The notes beneath the pieces were generated by a model that was not told the origin of the DNA, searched no databases, and saw nothing but the letters and a program-made list of their open reading frames with translations. Of a DNA stretch of 57,782 nucleotides, positions 36,150 to 50,561 are shown piece by piece. A program made the translations under genes and the position numbers. This stretch comes from Klebsormidium nitens (Eukaryota > Plantae > Klebsormidiophyceae). Location: assembly GCA_000708835.1 (NCBI GenBank), contig DF237524.1:1-57782 (forward strand), read 5' to 3'. Numbering within the stretch: position 1 is the stretch's first letter; each line of letters starts with the position of its first letter.

Positions 36150-39100
36150 TTAAGCTTTTCTTGAGCGCTTGTAAGCCACAGGTTCCGCTTCTTCGCTGCC
36201 ACCTGCGCTAGCACTGGCCCCAAGGGGTGATTGGCTACCTTGGGTTGGTGCCTTCCTCTTCGCGTTCATGTTGATGGCCAGCAATTCTTCATCTTCTGCA
36301 TCTTGATCTTGTGTCTGCAAAGATGCAAAAAGTGGAGAGCAATGAGAAAACTCGACAGTTGGGTCCAACCAATCACGGGAGGCTTCTCAGCCTACCACTG
36401 AATACAAACGCGGTATGACAAAGTCCATCTCAACAAGGAAACGCTGTGCCACAACCGTCAGCAGCTTAGCGGCTTGAAACCAAGAATCCACGAACAATAC
36501 ACACGCCTCATACCAAGGGTTATGTCGACCAGCAACAACTCTCAGTCTGGTGCGTTCCTCTGCGCCAGCTTGTCGAACCAAGACAAGCAGGGAGCTGGAA
36601 CTGCAGACTTCCTTCGCTTTCGAGAGGCCACGAAATTACCGAAAGTGAGCCTATCACCAACGCCCCCCAACGAGACACGCCTCACATGTTGCGTGGCATC
36701 GTAATAAGCTTCTTTCCAACGAACATCGATTGCAACACAGAACGCGAATTTGCATTCAGCACAGAAAAATGTTCTTTATTACAAAAGACTTGTGTGCACT
36801 TGCAAACGGGTTGCATCTGAACATGCACGATTGTGGAGTGAAAGTCCGGGAATCCTAATTCCGCGTCCCTTACCGGAGCGTCAGACTCGCCCGCCTCCTC
36901 CTCCGTCTCCTCGCTGCCAAAGAGCGGCTTCATTTGCGGCCGCTCCGCTTTCCGCCGCGTGGGTAGCTGCTCCTCGGTTGCATTGTACGAGCCGAACTCG
37001 CCGGTGCCCTGTGCTTCTTCTTCTTCTTCCTCGTCGTTCTCGTCGGGCTTGCTGGACGGCTCGTCGTTCTCAATCTCGTCTTGTGTCTCTGCAAAGAACG
37101 GCGAAGCAAAGTCGGATCGTGTCCATTTCAGCCCTTGTCCGACGCCCGAACACGTGAAACCAAAAAAGGTATCGCCGGTTAGTCAGACCGCTCTTTGAGT
37201 GGAAGTGGGCGTCATAAAAAGATGGTGCGTGAGATTCGGTGGAATGCGGAGAAGGGTTGGGAGAAGAAGTAAGGGAGGGCAAATCTTGCTTCTCTGACCC
37301 GGGCAGCCAGCAGACTAGGTCCGACTCAGCTCATCAGCATTCCGAAGGATCAATTGGTCAGAATCCCTGGAAATTGCAACAGCGAGTAATGAATAGTTCC
37401 CCGTGACGGCGGCAACTAAAGCTTCTGGATCCTGTCAGCTGGCCCGACTGAGGGACAAAGTGCTTCAGGAGCTTTGTGCTTGATCTAACAAGATTAATGG
37501 CAGACTTCCCGCCTGCGAAAGATCTCAGAGTCCAGGCAAAAGTAATTCTTTGTATGTTCTTTGTATTTATAAGTCAGTCTCGCCGACACAACGCCCATGG
37601 ACATCTTCCGACGAAATAGTATGATGCCACCCTTTGATTTCAAGGTGGATCCCCGCAAACAAGTTTAGCGACTGTGAGAGCGAGAATGTCCAGTGAATTT
37701 TGCCCCCAGGAAGGAGCTCACAAGCACACCAAACGTGGACTTTCAGGCATTGAACTGCAAAGACAGAGGGACTCTAAGAGCGCATTTCGCTCACCTTCCA
37801 CCTCTTTCGCCTTGCCCTTTTCCCGCCGCTTCCGCGCACTCTCCTCGTCCTCTTCCGACTCCTCCGGAGCCCGCGTCTTTTGGGCGCTCTTGCGTTGGTA
37901 CTGTGCCGCGGCGGCACCGCTCGACTTGCGCTCCCGCCGAGGGTCCCGCAAAGGCTGCGTCTCTTCCTCTTCTTCCTGCTCCGTTTGGTCGCCTGCGTCG
38001 GAGAAACAAAAGAGATTTCGTCCACTCAATCATTGAGCTTTTCGGGTGGCTGACTTCTAGTGAATCTTGATACCGGGCGACGAACTCCGCGGATTCAATC
38101 CTCGTCTTCTCGTGGTTGCGCAGTGGGCTACTGAGAGCAAGGGAACCATTCACCGACGTTCGACGGGCTGTGCATGCGCCTCTTAGTCGCCCCTTCAGAT
38201 TTTGAGCTTTGCGAAACAACGTTTGTAATGCCGTAGGAGACCATAGCTTGACTAGTTTAAAAGCCAGGTTGCTGAAAGCCATCACTCGAGTGTTCTCCTT
38301 CTGCATCAGTGTCTAACAGTTCTGGGCTGCCTTTCGAGCCCAGCAAGTAGAAGAGATTCGACCGGAGCTCACCAATAAACCTTAACAGTCGATGATACTC
38401 AAAAAAGAGGGTCTTCGAAGAAAGAAGGAAAACAAAGCAGTCAGAAAGAATCAGTCGCTGGCTAACCTGGCGTCGCTGGCCCCGCCCCGCTAGGCTCTTC
38501 TCCCGACTCGTCTTCTTCAAACTCCAGCTTGCGTCCATCGGGTGATTTCCTCTTGCCCTTCGCTGCGCCCGCCTTCGCTCCGCCGTTGTCTGCGCTCTTG
38601 GCCTCGAGAGTCTCCACGAAGTTGTTGAACGGCCGCCACGCGTGCGGGTTCTCCTCCTTGTCGACGTCGCCCGCACGCGTGTTCGCCTCAGCGATCCTGC
38701 AGAGTTAACGGAGTGCTGAGTACAGATTGCTTTGCCTTCTGTCTTGTGCGTTGCTCGTGTTACGACCGAGAAGGGCTCGGATCTATCGGGATGTCACAGA
38801 TTGAGGCAGCTATCCTTGATCTCACTGGACCTTCCAGTGGCTGATGACGAGAAGAAAATGATTCGGTTACGTCGCTTGTTAAGGCTCACTGGTCGAGTAC
38901 CTCAAAGACGAAAGCTATTGAGAGTCAATCAAGTCTTCCTTCTGGTTAAGACGAGGAGGACTGAAGATGACTCACAAACTTAAATGCTGTTCGCGAGATA
39001 GGACAAGCGAAACAGCTTCGCTCTCAAGTTCGAATACGCCGCAGTCGCTGTTATACTCGAAATGCCGTACTAGAAAAAGAAAGGGGGATGCTGGATGGCA

Positions 39101-42100
39101 AGCGGAGGCTCAAATCAAAGTAATCTGGTCAACGTAAAAGAAAACAAAACCGAAAACGGGAAGTGAGGTCTCCACTTACAGCGCGCGCATGTCCGCCGGC
39201 TCCAGCTTCACCGCAAACAGCACGAGCGCACCCTCGAGGAACGGCAGCGTACGCGGGACGCTGCTGAACGCGTATTCCATTCCGCCCTTGACGATCTTTA
39301 GGATCGCCGGCCGCAGCTGCGCTTTGGCAAAGCTGGCGTAGACGGAGGAAATGCGGTGCGCCAGGTCTTTGAACTCTTTGAATGTGGGCTCTGACGCGTA
39401 GTCGTCGTCCTCCGTGGTCGCGCCCAAGAAGCGCTTGAACGCCTGCGAGGGGATTGGAGAAAGGAAGTGAGCGTGTAGTGAAAGAGTCAAGCGTCTGCAC
39501 GTTTGCAACAACCGTGGAAAGTTAACGTCCTGAAAGGGGAATGGGAGAAGCCGTCAAGCTGAATCTGGTTAAGGAAGAGCGTCGCCACATCGAAAACGTT
39601 TGATAATTGCAAATGGCCAGACACAGCGTCGGATCGTCTGCGCGCTCGCAGAGCATTCGAGCTCCGCGCTTACATAGGACCTCCCTTTGCTGGCTTGGAT
39701 GATTGTCGACACTGTGCAACTTAGCTCCAGAGCGCCCCGAGATGGACGTCTCCAGTTGAAGACTTTTAGAGACAGACTGGTTACAGGCGCCTCCGACATT
39801 TCTGACGAACTCTCCTTACGCTTGAAAAGTGCACTCGAAAACATCAATCTCGTAAAGGTCTTACAGATGGGAGAGGAGTCTCAAGAGATAAGTTATGACC
39901 AGAAACGAGCATGCCTTCTGAAAAAGCACACACAGAGGCCCTCACCCGCTTGAGCGCCTCGAGGTACGTCCGCCACTGGTCCTCGGAGCGGCGCGTCATG
40001 GCCTTGATGACGTCAGCGGTGGGCTTGCCGTGCGACACGAAGTGCGACACCAGCTCGGGGGCGAGGAAGTCCTGCGCAGGACCCGGGGATCAATCGTCGT
40101 TAGCAGCTGGTATGAGTGTTTGCATCGTGACAGACCCTTGATTGCGAACAGCTGTCAGGAAGGGTGGCAGCGACTCGGAAGTAGGCAGTAGGAAGTAGGA
40201 AGTAGGCTAGGCACATGTCAGGTTTGAACTGTGTGCTTCTTCGGCAGATTCAAATTTCAATATGCACAACGGACAAGGCAGCGGGCATGGTCAGTTACAT
40301 CAGACAAACCGCATTGTTGCAAGTCAGGTTTTTAGAGCTTGTGAGAACAGGGCTAGGCCCGGCAAGACAAAGCTGGCGCTTACTTTCTTTTGCCTCGTCG
40401 GAATGACAGCCCAACTCCCGACCAACTTCAGGACCAATCTTGAGAGAAGCAAGATACCGAATGGTACTGACTGCGTTGCCTTAAACGGTTCTGTACAGAC
40501 AGATTCGAGAGAAACATGATGGTGAAGTGAATTGAAATGCAGGACTTACCTTTGGGACGAGGCTCCATTTGAGCAGCTTGGCGGCGGGCAGTACTACCTC
40601 GTGTTTCAAGCTGTCGTCACCCTCGCCAGCGACCTGCTCCTCGTCCTCGTCGATCTCCTCGGCTGGAGGGAAATGCGTGAGAGGATTTCACGAAAGAGCC
40701 GATGCTTAACATTAGACTCGAACGATTGCCTTTGCTTAGTGCTGCAAAGCCTATGGACGAGTTCGGTTTGCTGGTCCGCATGCACCATGGTAATACACTT
40801 GTCACAGTACCTGGTAACGTCTACCCAGCACCCTCGAACATGTTTTCCTTGTGCTTGTTTGGCCATATAATGCCTTCGCGTTCTTCTCAACAAGCATCCG
40901 CTCCCGTAAGATGGACAGAGTCTTTGCCGCGAATAGAGGACAACAATGAAGGAGCGTATCTCCTGTAGCATCTTATTGGGATCCTTGCAACCTCCAAACG
41001 TACGGGAAGAATTTTGTGTCTCGATCTGAAGCGAATACTTGAGTAGCACAAAGAAGCGATGCTTCATTTAGCGTATCGTCGAACCCGGAATCCTGGAGTG
41101 TCACGCTTTCCAAAGGAACAAACAGGTTAAACATTCACACCTGCAGCGTCCAGCCTCTTCTCTGTCAGGTCCCAGAACTTGCGCACCAGGCTGTCGGACG
41201 GCGTGTAACCAAGCCGCTCAAGGTTCGTATCCTTCAGCTTAGCTGCGCTGAAGATCGCCCACGTGTCTGCCAAGATGTCGCATACCTGCAATAAGAGACC
41301 CGCTCTAAGCCCGCACTTTCCCCCATCGTGGTCGCCTTTAGCGCTCTCAAATGGTTACAGTAAAGACGACTTTCAGAAACCAGCATGCTCCTGTTACTTG
41401 CATAATGGTTCGTTCTTAAACGTGCATCTCTTACAAGCTGCATACTTATTTCACTCAAGTCCCCACCTAATATGCTCATTTAATTACGTTCTTCACCATC
41501 CGCAACATTAACTGCTTGTCTGAAAAGCTTTCTCCGCTTCAGCAATTGCAAGTAAACCGCGAGACTGAACGAGCCGTCACCTCTGCCGCGAGCTTCGACT
41601 GGAGGCTCTCCTCGCTCCAGAGCTCCAGCGAGTTGTCCACCGCCAGTTCCACCAGCTCAATCAAACGGTCCCGTAACTCGACCACGTGGGTCAGGGACTC
41701 GTCTGAGGGGCTCTTCTTGTCGAGTGCGCTCAGGCTCCAGGCGACTTGCAGGAAGATGAGGCGCAACGCCATGCGAACGACCTGAGCAAGGAGGCGAAAC
41801 AGAAAGTAAGAATTACATATCCTTGACTTTAAAAGAGGACGATTTCTCGGTTCCCAGTCCGGATCTTAGGATCTTGCAGTGCAGAAGCACAGAGGCAGAT
41901 TGAGGGCCATTAAGTAAAACAAGGGATGAACGACCAAGATTCTGATTGGGTCGGCAATACATTGTTTTCCTGTCATACCACGGCTAAAAGCCACACTGAA
42001 AGGTCGGGAGAGCCCAAAGGGTGCGCGGCTCAGATCTCAAGGTCTTGTACTGGATGGAGGTTCCCTAGGAACCAGGAGAAGGGAAGTTGAAAAAAGGAAA

Positions 42101-45100
42101 TAAGAGACGTTCCGGACGCTTACATCATCCTCGAGTCCGTCCACTTCGTCCAGCAGCTCCAGCACGCTCTGGTGCACGCTCTCGTCCGACGGGCGGTGCT
42201 CCGCGTACAGCGCTTGCGCTCGCGCCAGGGCCACCGCCAGGGAAAAGTCCTCCGCGGGGTTTTCGCTCTTCTGCAAGGTACATAAGGAGGCTGTTAGCGC
42301 TGATGATGCTCTGTAAGTGTTTTGATAGGTCAGTGCTAACGAGCAGCGTAGTGCGATTTCTGGTAAGCAGCGAAATACGAAGTCGAGGCAAAAAGAAACT
42401 AAAAGGCGGCTGCTACAAGTCACCCGTGTATTTCTTCCTGTGCAAGTGTAGATGAAAAGACTGGCACTCCATGACTCGTCAAAGAATCCAAGTGAGGCCA
42501 GTTCGCACGAGCAGCGTGTTGCAAAATCTACTAGGCAGCGAAAGCCTTCAATACGAAGTCAAGAAGAGAGAGCAGTTCGAAAAGCGGATGCTACGTGCTA
42601 CCTAAGTATTGATTCCCCGTGTCTCTTGTTGGTGCATGAACGACCAACTCACGTCGTCGAGCGTGTGCTCTCCTTACAATTTGAATGCTTACAGACAGAA
42701 GTACGCCGCTTGCTTCAGCGCAGTCCACTTTGGGAGCCCAGAAAGCTGCAATCACCTTCGCTTTTTTGACGGCTGCCTTCACCCTCTTCACAGTCTCGGC
42801 CTCCACCTCTGACACCACCCGCTGCGCCCCGTCTTGCAGCTCGGCCTTGCCCTCTTGGACGCTATACTTGAACGCGCGGACGCAGGCGCGTAGAGTGTCC
42901 GCGTCCGTGTGCTTGAAGAAAATGTCCTTGACTTGCTGGAGCATCGAGAGGAACACCTGCGGCCGATGAACGACACGTGTCATGTTGAGGAACGGCCCTG
43001 AAACGCGCTCAAACCTGTGAAACCTTGTGCGTTATCGCTGCTCGACCCTAGGATTGCAAGCGGAGTCTCTATCGACTTAATGACGGAGCAAGGATGTAAC
43101 CGGCTCGTCGTCAAGGTCACCGCAGATACGATTGAGCTCAAGAGCAGCGATTGCCAAGCAACCGCACTTTTTTGGAATGGTGTCCCTCTGGTTCTCTTTG
43201 CCAAAAGCGATCGATGCGGCCTAAGCATTCGCACTTTAAAACCAATCCTGGACGGCGTTTTGAATTCCAAATTCACATATAAACAACCTAAGCAAAGCTT
43301 GTCTTTGTCTCACCGGTTCCTGGCGCTTGAGCGAGTAGAGCTCGAGGTTGAGGTACGCAGTGATCTCGACAAGGTCCGCCACTTTGGCCTTGTCCGCCTG
43401 GAACTTGCGCAGCAGGCCGGGCAGCGCCTTCATCATCGCCACCGTCAGCTCCTCCTCCCTGCTCTCCATCGCCTCCTGCAGAAAGTGCGCGGGCCAGGTG
43501 AGTTCACCGTGCGGCTATGAGCCGGTGGGGTTGAAGATTTCTTCGCGCGGGCGGTTTGGATGGCCACGGGTTCTGTCGGGCACGGCGGACAGGTGAAGCG
43601 CAGACAGGATACAAGAACCTGCTCGTCGCACTGGCTCACCTTCCCTCGAACCTGCTTGAGTTTCAAGGTACAAGCTTGGATGATATTAGTCGTTGCACGG
43701 ACTTGCACAACAGTGCTCTCAACGGCAGTGGGCGAGACTCCTTTCTGAGAAAGGACGAGATGGATAATCCTCTGAAGCGCATTTTGGCTCGAACTGAATC
43801 ATGCATATCGTTCGATCTGGTCAAACGTCGTCAGAAGCCACATCCAATCCAATCCAGGACTCATATATTGGAGTTGAGACAGGAAAACTGACAACTCGAT
43901 CACGAGGATCCAAAGAAAATGCAAAGCAATTTTGTTTCTCACCCTCTGGGCCTTGGTCAGGTGCGCTGTCTTGCCCGCAGTCTCCTTCACGAGCGACTCC
44001 CCGCGCACCTTTTTGACGGAAGCATTGAGTAGCCGGACCAGATTGGTGGCGTCAGATTCGGACAGCTCGTCCTTGGCCTTCTCGGTCTGAAGCAGCTTCG
44101 TAACCGTTTTCCAATCCTGCGAGGATGAATCTTCTTATCAAAACCTCTTTCAGCACAAGCCAACAGGAAGAATAAGAGAGAAATCTCATTCCGTAATCGC
44201 CGGGGGCTACAATGAGAATGCCAAGCTAAAAAAAACATCACACGCTCATCCAAAAGAAGACTCGCGAAGAGAGTAAGACTAAGATTTGAGTTCTGGAGAA
44301 ACGATTGACCGTAAGAAAACCATTAGAAGTGCAATCCACGAGAAGCGACGGCAGACAAAGTGTAGAGAGCGCGGCTGAAAAGGCAGGCCACTATTTACGT
44401 CTTGACTGCTCAGAACGACAACACCGCATCCTCAACTGGGGCCAGACAATACTTCGTCGTTCAGTCAACAGTTGCAGTGCAGAACTTCTTCCTTTGGAAT
44501 AGACAACTGGAGGGTCGGGTTGCTATTCCTAGAGCGGCTAGTCTGATAAATTCTCAATCAGGGGAAAGAGCACGAGGCCCTGTATTTCTGATAGCGCACC
44601 TGCAGCACTGGCGTCGAGTCCCAGAGTGCGTCCACCACGTAGCTGCACAGGGCCCTGTTGCCGGAAAACTCTGCCAGGATGTTCATTACCCGTTTGAGCT
44701 GGCCCTCGGGGGTCTTGCTCTCCTTTGCACCTGCCGAACGACGGACAGAAACGACCTTCAGTTTCGGGACAATAAGCCTGCTAGGGCCCAACCAAAACTT
44801 CAAGTACAGGAATCGTGAGCCGATGGCAATAGACGACACGATCTCTGGCTGCGTCTTCGAAAGGACATTTGAAATGGAGAGCCTATTTCCAGCTTTTGAA
44901 GAAAGGTATCGAATCACCAGAGGCCCGTATCCAGTGGACGCATCATCTCAAATCTCAGGGTGTCAAAGAAAACTCCACATGCAATCATGAATATACGTCT
45001 GACCGGCTCAGACTGTCACGTCACATAGTGCAACAACCCGCCGCTCAGATTTCAAAGACACCCCGAGGATTATGCGTGACTTTCGGTCGACGAGTTGCGA

Positions 45101-48100
45101 CTTAGCCTATCAAAAGCCCTTGGTAACGTCTCGAGGCACTTTCCCAAGGACAGAATAAGCAAGTTCTAGCGCTCACTCTTGCCGGTGGGCGTGCTCCCCT
45201 GGACCAGCGTCTGCGAGACGAGTTGGTCGTGCACGAGGTCCCCCACGACGTGCCGCATCTGCGCCGACTCGTCCACCAGCAGCTCGTACAGCCGGCTCGT
45301 GTCCTGCTCCTCCAGTAGCTCGTGCCTGCACTCTCATTTTAAGCCGTTCACTCCAAAATATAACTGGGAGTGCTCAAAAGACGACTTCGATCCGTTGCGG
45401 AAAGTCAGGGAGTCGGTCCTTCCTCAGCAACCAGGGAAGTGCCGAAGTGGCTGAAGTCGCCGCTCAAATGGAAAGTTGGTGCAACGAAATTGTCGTCCTC
45501 AGGACTGGACAGATGCATCTTGAGTCTGACGCCAGTGACCGGTATTCTGAAAACTAGGGCCCACGACAGGCGTAGGCAACCCGTTATATTTCAGGCTGTT
45601 TCGTACACTATTTGAGATGTTCTAGAGGAGCTCCGAGAGTAGGTAACTGGACTTTGTATTGCTTACCATCTCGGTGGTTGCGTCTCTGGATTACCATTTT
45701 GCGGCCCGCTTGGACCGCAATCCTAAAAGCAGATGATGCAGAAACGGAGAGTAAACGGCGTCTGACCTGAGGAGCTCCTTGATGAGCTTCACGGCCTCGA
45801 CCGCAACGTCCTCATCGATGTCCTCCGCCAGCTCGAGCATCCGCCCGCAGAAGCGCTGAGTGAAGAGCTCCAGCGACGCAATGTTGTCCTCCACCTCGTA
45901 CAGGTTTCGCAGGGCGATCACCGCAGTCTGGCGGACGTGCGCATCCTGGAGGCATGGAGGAATCACTTCGAAGTGGACTCGTTTGCTTAGCTCCACTCTC
46001 GTATTTAAAGTGACGACATGTTAATCGAGTGGCTCGAGTCGGCGACTTCCTTACAATCACAAGTCGTCGCCTCGTGCTTGGACCTGTGATCGCTTCAAGA
46101 GACCAGCCTGTTCTCGAGAGAGACCGAGCTATTAAGAGACACCGCTCTACGAAGTCTTGCACACGTCCGGTGGAACTGCACCTTCAGGCTGTCAGGTCGT
46201 GAGAAAGTCCGCATTGTGCGCAGGTAACGAAGAGACCTCCGAGTGGCTTACTTTGTCGTTGAGCATCCAGCCGAGGTACTTTGTGTACAGATCCTTAAGG
46301 AACATGGACGGATACTCCAGAATCCAGGACCCCAGGGCCTCCACGCTGTTGGCCCGGATGAACTCATCGACATCGCGATACCGGTGCATGAAGACGCTGC
46401 ACGCCAAACGGTTCGGCATTAGTTTTGCACAAGAATTTGCTTCTCTCTAGGGTTGATGATCGCAGCCTTCGCTGAGCTGTTGCAGGATCGCTCAAAACCG
46501 GAACGACCAATTAGCGTTCATAAGCTCGACAATGTAGGTGCCGTGGACAACTCTACACGATGCACGACTCTGCCAAGACAGGGCCCCCTTCACAAAAATT
46601 GACCACCACTCAAACCCGAAAAAGGTGTTTGGTCAAACACCGAAGGAGCTTTCTATGGTATGTTGGAAGCTTACCCCGTGAACAGTTTCCGCATCAGCTC
46701 CTCAGTCGCAGTAGTCTTCGAGTGCATTTCTTCCAGCGTCTTGGTCAGGTCGGCCACTCTGGATGCGTTCTTCTTCTTCTTCTCTGCCTGCAGCTGCCGC
46801 TGAGTGGTCTCCCTCAGATCCGTGCATGACTTGGCCACAGTCACCAGGGAGGAGACGAGCTGAAGACCAATCAACGTCCCGACCTGACGGAATGTCCTCA
46901 CGCCAGTGCTGTAGAGAAGACAGAGTATGCTCCTGTCAACTCGTCTTGTTTCAAGGGTACTGTCAACGGGTTGACAACTCCCTGTCTGTAACGACACATG
47001 TCCTTTCGAAAGTGATCCGCTCGTTAGTATACAAAAGGCAGATGCATGACCATCTTGGTAAATCAAGGAGTTACCGAAATCCAAACAAGGCAAAGCGGAG
47101 AGGTAAGGACCGACCTCTCTTGATGACCCCGATATCATACAAAGCTGACGGGCTTGCCCCAACATCAATGTGCTTTCAATTTACAGTGCGAGATGCACAA
47201 TGCTTTTGGGCATCATTCCAATCTTCATATACAGTGCCGGTTTAAGAAAGCCCCAACCTGGCCAGGCGCAACCATGGAGTTCCACAAAGGTCAATGTGGA
47301 AGTACTAGACAATGCATCTTGAGTCGGAAAAGTACAGTTTGATCGGATGACGCAGTAGAGCCGAGATTGCATGCCGGGCCTACCAAGAGATTGCGATGAT
47401 GAAGCCGATGCACTTGTCGAACAGCTTCTCATCAAAGAGGATGTTGCTCTGACACTCCAAGACGAGGAGGTCCCAGAAGTCGAGAAGGTTCTGCCGAAAG
47501 TGCTTCAGCTTCTTGTCCTTTGAGACGAGGTAAGTCTCCACATGCCCCTGCAAGTGATGATAGATGTGTTCAATTACCCCGTCTGCCACCCCCTTCGAGA
47601 AAGGACGAGAAAGGACACGTTACGTCACTCAAATTCGACTTGAAACGGTGTCAGGCTCTTAACTTCAGGGGACTGAACATTGCATTGGACATTGCACAGA
47701 TGCATCAATGATGGTGGAAAAGGACGACAATGAAGGATCACAATGGCCGCTATTAAATAGAGCCAGTTTCTGCAGCACTTTTGTCCTATGAGCAGCCTAC
47801 CTCCTCCGCGGATGACACAACGTCCTTGATGAGATCATCAATGTCGCTCTCGTCCATTGGATCTTCCTCAGGGATACTTACGCTGCTTCCGCAAGCCTAC
47901 ATAAACAGGATAAGAACCAGTGAACATCTTTCAAGTGTGTGTTCATCGTTGTGCATACACCGTTAACCCTGGCATTATGCCTAGAAGATATATCTGAGCA
48001 TGACAAGAGATGCCTCTTGAATGTTCCCTCGAAGGGGCACCTAATACAGATCTTGCATCTTCATCCTCACTGCATTTAAACAAGCATACACTTCTACATT

Positions 48101-49486
48101 CAAGGTTTACCCTGACCCTTATAGCAATCTTGATCCGCACCTAAGTCAATCTACGAACTCAGGGGCTCAGCGGAGCGGACAATGATCTTCAACTTGGAGC
48201 CACTACCCCTTGACGTGTAAAATTTTACCTGGACCAGAAAGGTTAGGAGCTCTGCAATCGCCGCCTGGGGGTTCCTTTCATAACGGCCCACAAATTGTCC
48301 GACGGCAGATGGGATTGCTGCGCTCTTTTCCTTCACCACATCTGGTAAAACGGAAAAAGTGTATGTTTTAATGCTTCCATATCTGCAAGAACGCAGCTGC
48401 CGTACTGAGGAATAGCCAGATCAGGCAAGGCGACCAAGCCCAGTTGCACCTGACATAGACCTGAACGCTCTAGTGCATTGTAAGAGACCAGTATACTACT
48501 GGACTGATTACGGTACTTACCAAGGAGTGTTATCCCCTCCAAGCCGGGCGCATCTGATTTCTGTGCCTTTGCTGCAGTCTCCCCAACCCGCTGCTTCTTC
48601 TCTGCCCCTCTTGCTGTGTTGGGGTGGGGAGGTGGCTTGCGCTTGCTTGTTCCAGGAGCCTCTGTCTTTGGAGTGGAGGCCTGTAAAATCATTCTCTCCT
48701 TTAGAAAATGTGTGTCATGGGTAACTCCATCTGCAGTTCATTCCATATGTCACAGCTACCCGCTACAAAAGTTGCAACTTTCCAGTGCACATTGCACAGT
48801 CTTTCATAAACTCCTATGCCTTCTGATGAGATGTTGGTAATCCGGACCAGTGGCAAGTCGCCAACGACTCACTTCTGAGCAGGACTGGCAACCTCAAGTA
48901 TGCAAGTAATGGAAGACAGGCTCTAATCCTACTTATTGGTCAACACTTTTCCTGATAGCTCGATGAAGACTCTTTCGAAAAAGTGGCATAAAAGCTGCAT
49001 TGCAAACAAAAACCAGAAGCTAAGGTCAGACACATGGGAAGGTACCCTACCTTGCTGGAAGATTTCCTTCCTCTTTTGCCTGCCCTTCCAACCCTGGCTC
49101 CATTGTCTGTTCCAAAGTCCAACTCATCACCGCTATCAGACGCCTCCTCATCTGATAGAGCTCTGCAGCCAGGTAATCAAGCAAAGGTTTCTGTGTTTGA
49201 TAGTCTAGTAACCTGGAAGAAAGTAGGTTGAGCATTCCGAGACTCGTCTCTGCCCAGACTCCTTGATATGACAGGAAAACAATGTCACATGCAACATGCA
49301 CAGACTTTCGAAGCACAAAACCTATAAAAGGCTGCGGCAAAAACGTGCTACCATGTTCTCCAGACAATCCTGCTGCCAGCACGAATGACCACCAGAAGCT
49401 CTGGGTGATGAAAACCATCGGACTCACTCTTGCATTGATTTGACATTAGTTGCAGCAGCACGGGTGCTCCTTCTGAGGTCCGCCAT
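36150..49486 (-). CDS. SCC3: Cohesin subunit SCC3/SA (STAG domain plus HEAT-like repeats), >20 exons
   Basis: Conserved exons: YSTGVRTFRQVGTLIGLQLVSSLV..LRETTQRQLQAEKKKK (~46675-46915), VFMHRYRDVDEFIRANSVEALGSWILEYPSMFLKDLYTKYLGWMLNDK (~46250-46400), VRQTAVIALRNLY..FTQRFCGRMLELAEDIDEDVAVEAVKL (~45765-45950), ESREEELTVAMMKALPGLLRKFQADKAKVADLVEI (~43315-43470). N-terminus MADLRRSTR (ATG 49486); acidic/basic C-terminal exons end at TAA 36150-36152. Confidence 0.95.
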
Positions 49487-50561
49487 GATTCTAGAAGACC
49501 TTGTGGTCCAATCCCTTGTGGGTAAACTGAGTCAACTTCTTTCAATGACAAACTGTACCCAGGCTCTCTTCCCTTCTTGTCGTATCTGCCGCATACAATT
49601 TCCTTCTACCGTAATTCGGGCAGCTGCAATTCCGCTTAGCTGCAGCACATGAAGATTGGAAGCAAAGCCCCCACAATTAAGCAGACTCCTGGACCTCAGA
49701 AACCCTAGCTTGGCCGTGCCAGTTTACAACTCTTACAGGGCCAGGGGGCTGCATGAAATTACGGTACCGTATTGCCTGTGCTGCATGCGCCGTTCGCCGT
49801 CTTGCTCTGCAGCCTGCACTGGTGCTGCAGCAGATCCTGATCTCCTGTCCACGTTTCGAACATCAGACATGGCTGGAACTCCCCCAACGAAACACAGGTG
49901 GCAACATCGACGGTCGATAGAAGCTTTTGGTTGCTGATGTGGCACATCCGTCGGTTGGTATTGCCCCATCGTGGTCCTGCTGGCGGGAGCAGCATTTTTG
50001 GCGCGTGATTGCAGCTTCAAAATTTGAATTGGTACATCGGATGCTCATTGCTTGGCTCTTGAGGGCAAGTTGAGGCTCAGCTTGAGCCTTGAGCCAGCTT
50101 GAGTCTTGAGAAGTTGAGAGCTCTTGAGGCAGCTTCGCAGAAGCATTGGTCAGCCTTTCGAGTCTCATGCGGATGGCATCGCAGCTGCGTGTATAGCTGT
50201 GTATTAGTACATGAAGGACGCTTCCCCCGCGGTTCCTCATGTGCCTTATTGGTACCACGAACAGATTCTAGCGTGTATCAATCATGGCTAAAGAGTGGAC
50301 GTTCTGAATTTCAAATGTTTCTACGGTTAGCCGCTGGCAGCAGACAATATTTGCACGTTGGAGTGGCAGTGGCGAGCCATCCGAAAAGTCCTAAGTGCAG
50401 TGGCAATTGGCGATTGAATCGCTGTTCGGAATTCAGGTGCCAGAGGGGAACCATTGGAGTTTTACCCCTTTTCACGCTGCTGAAAGTTTGAAGTTGAGTC
50501 AGAAGAGAGGTCAGCTGGCTGCAAAATAGCTTGTGGCTGGTCAGAGGGGCTCCCGGCAACC

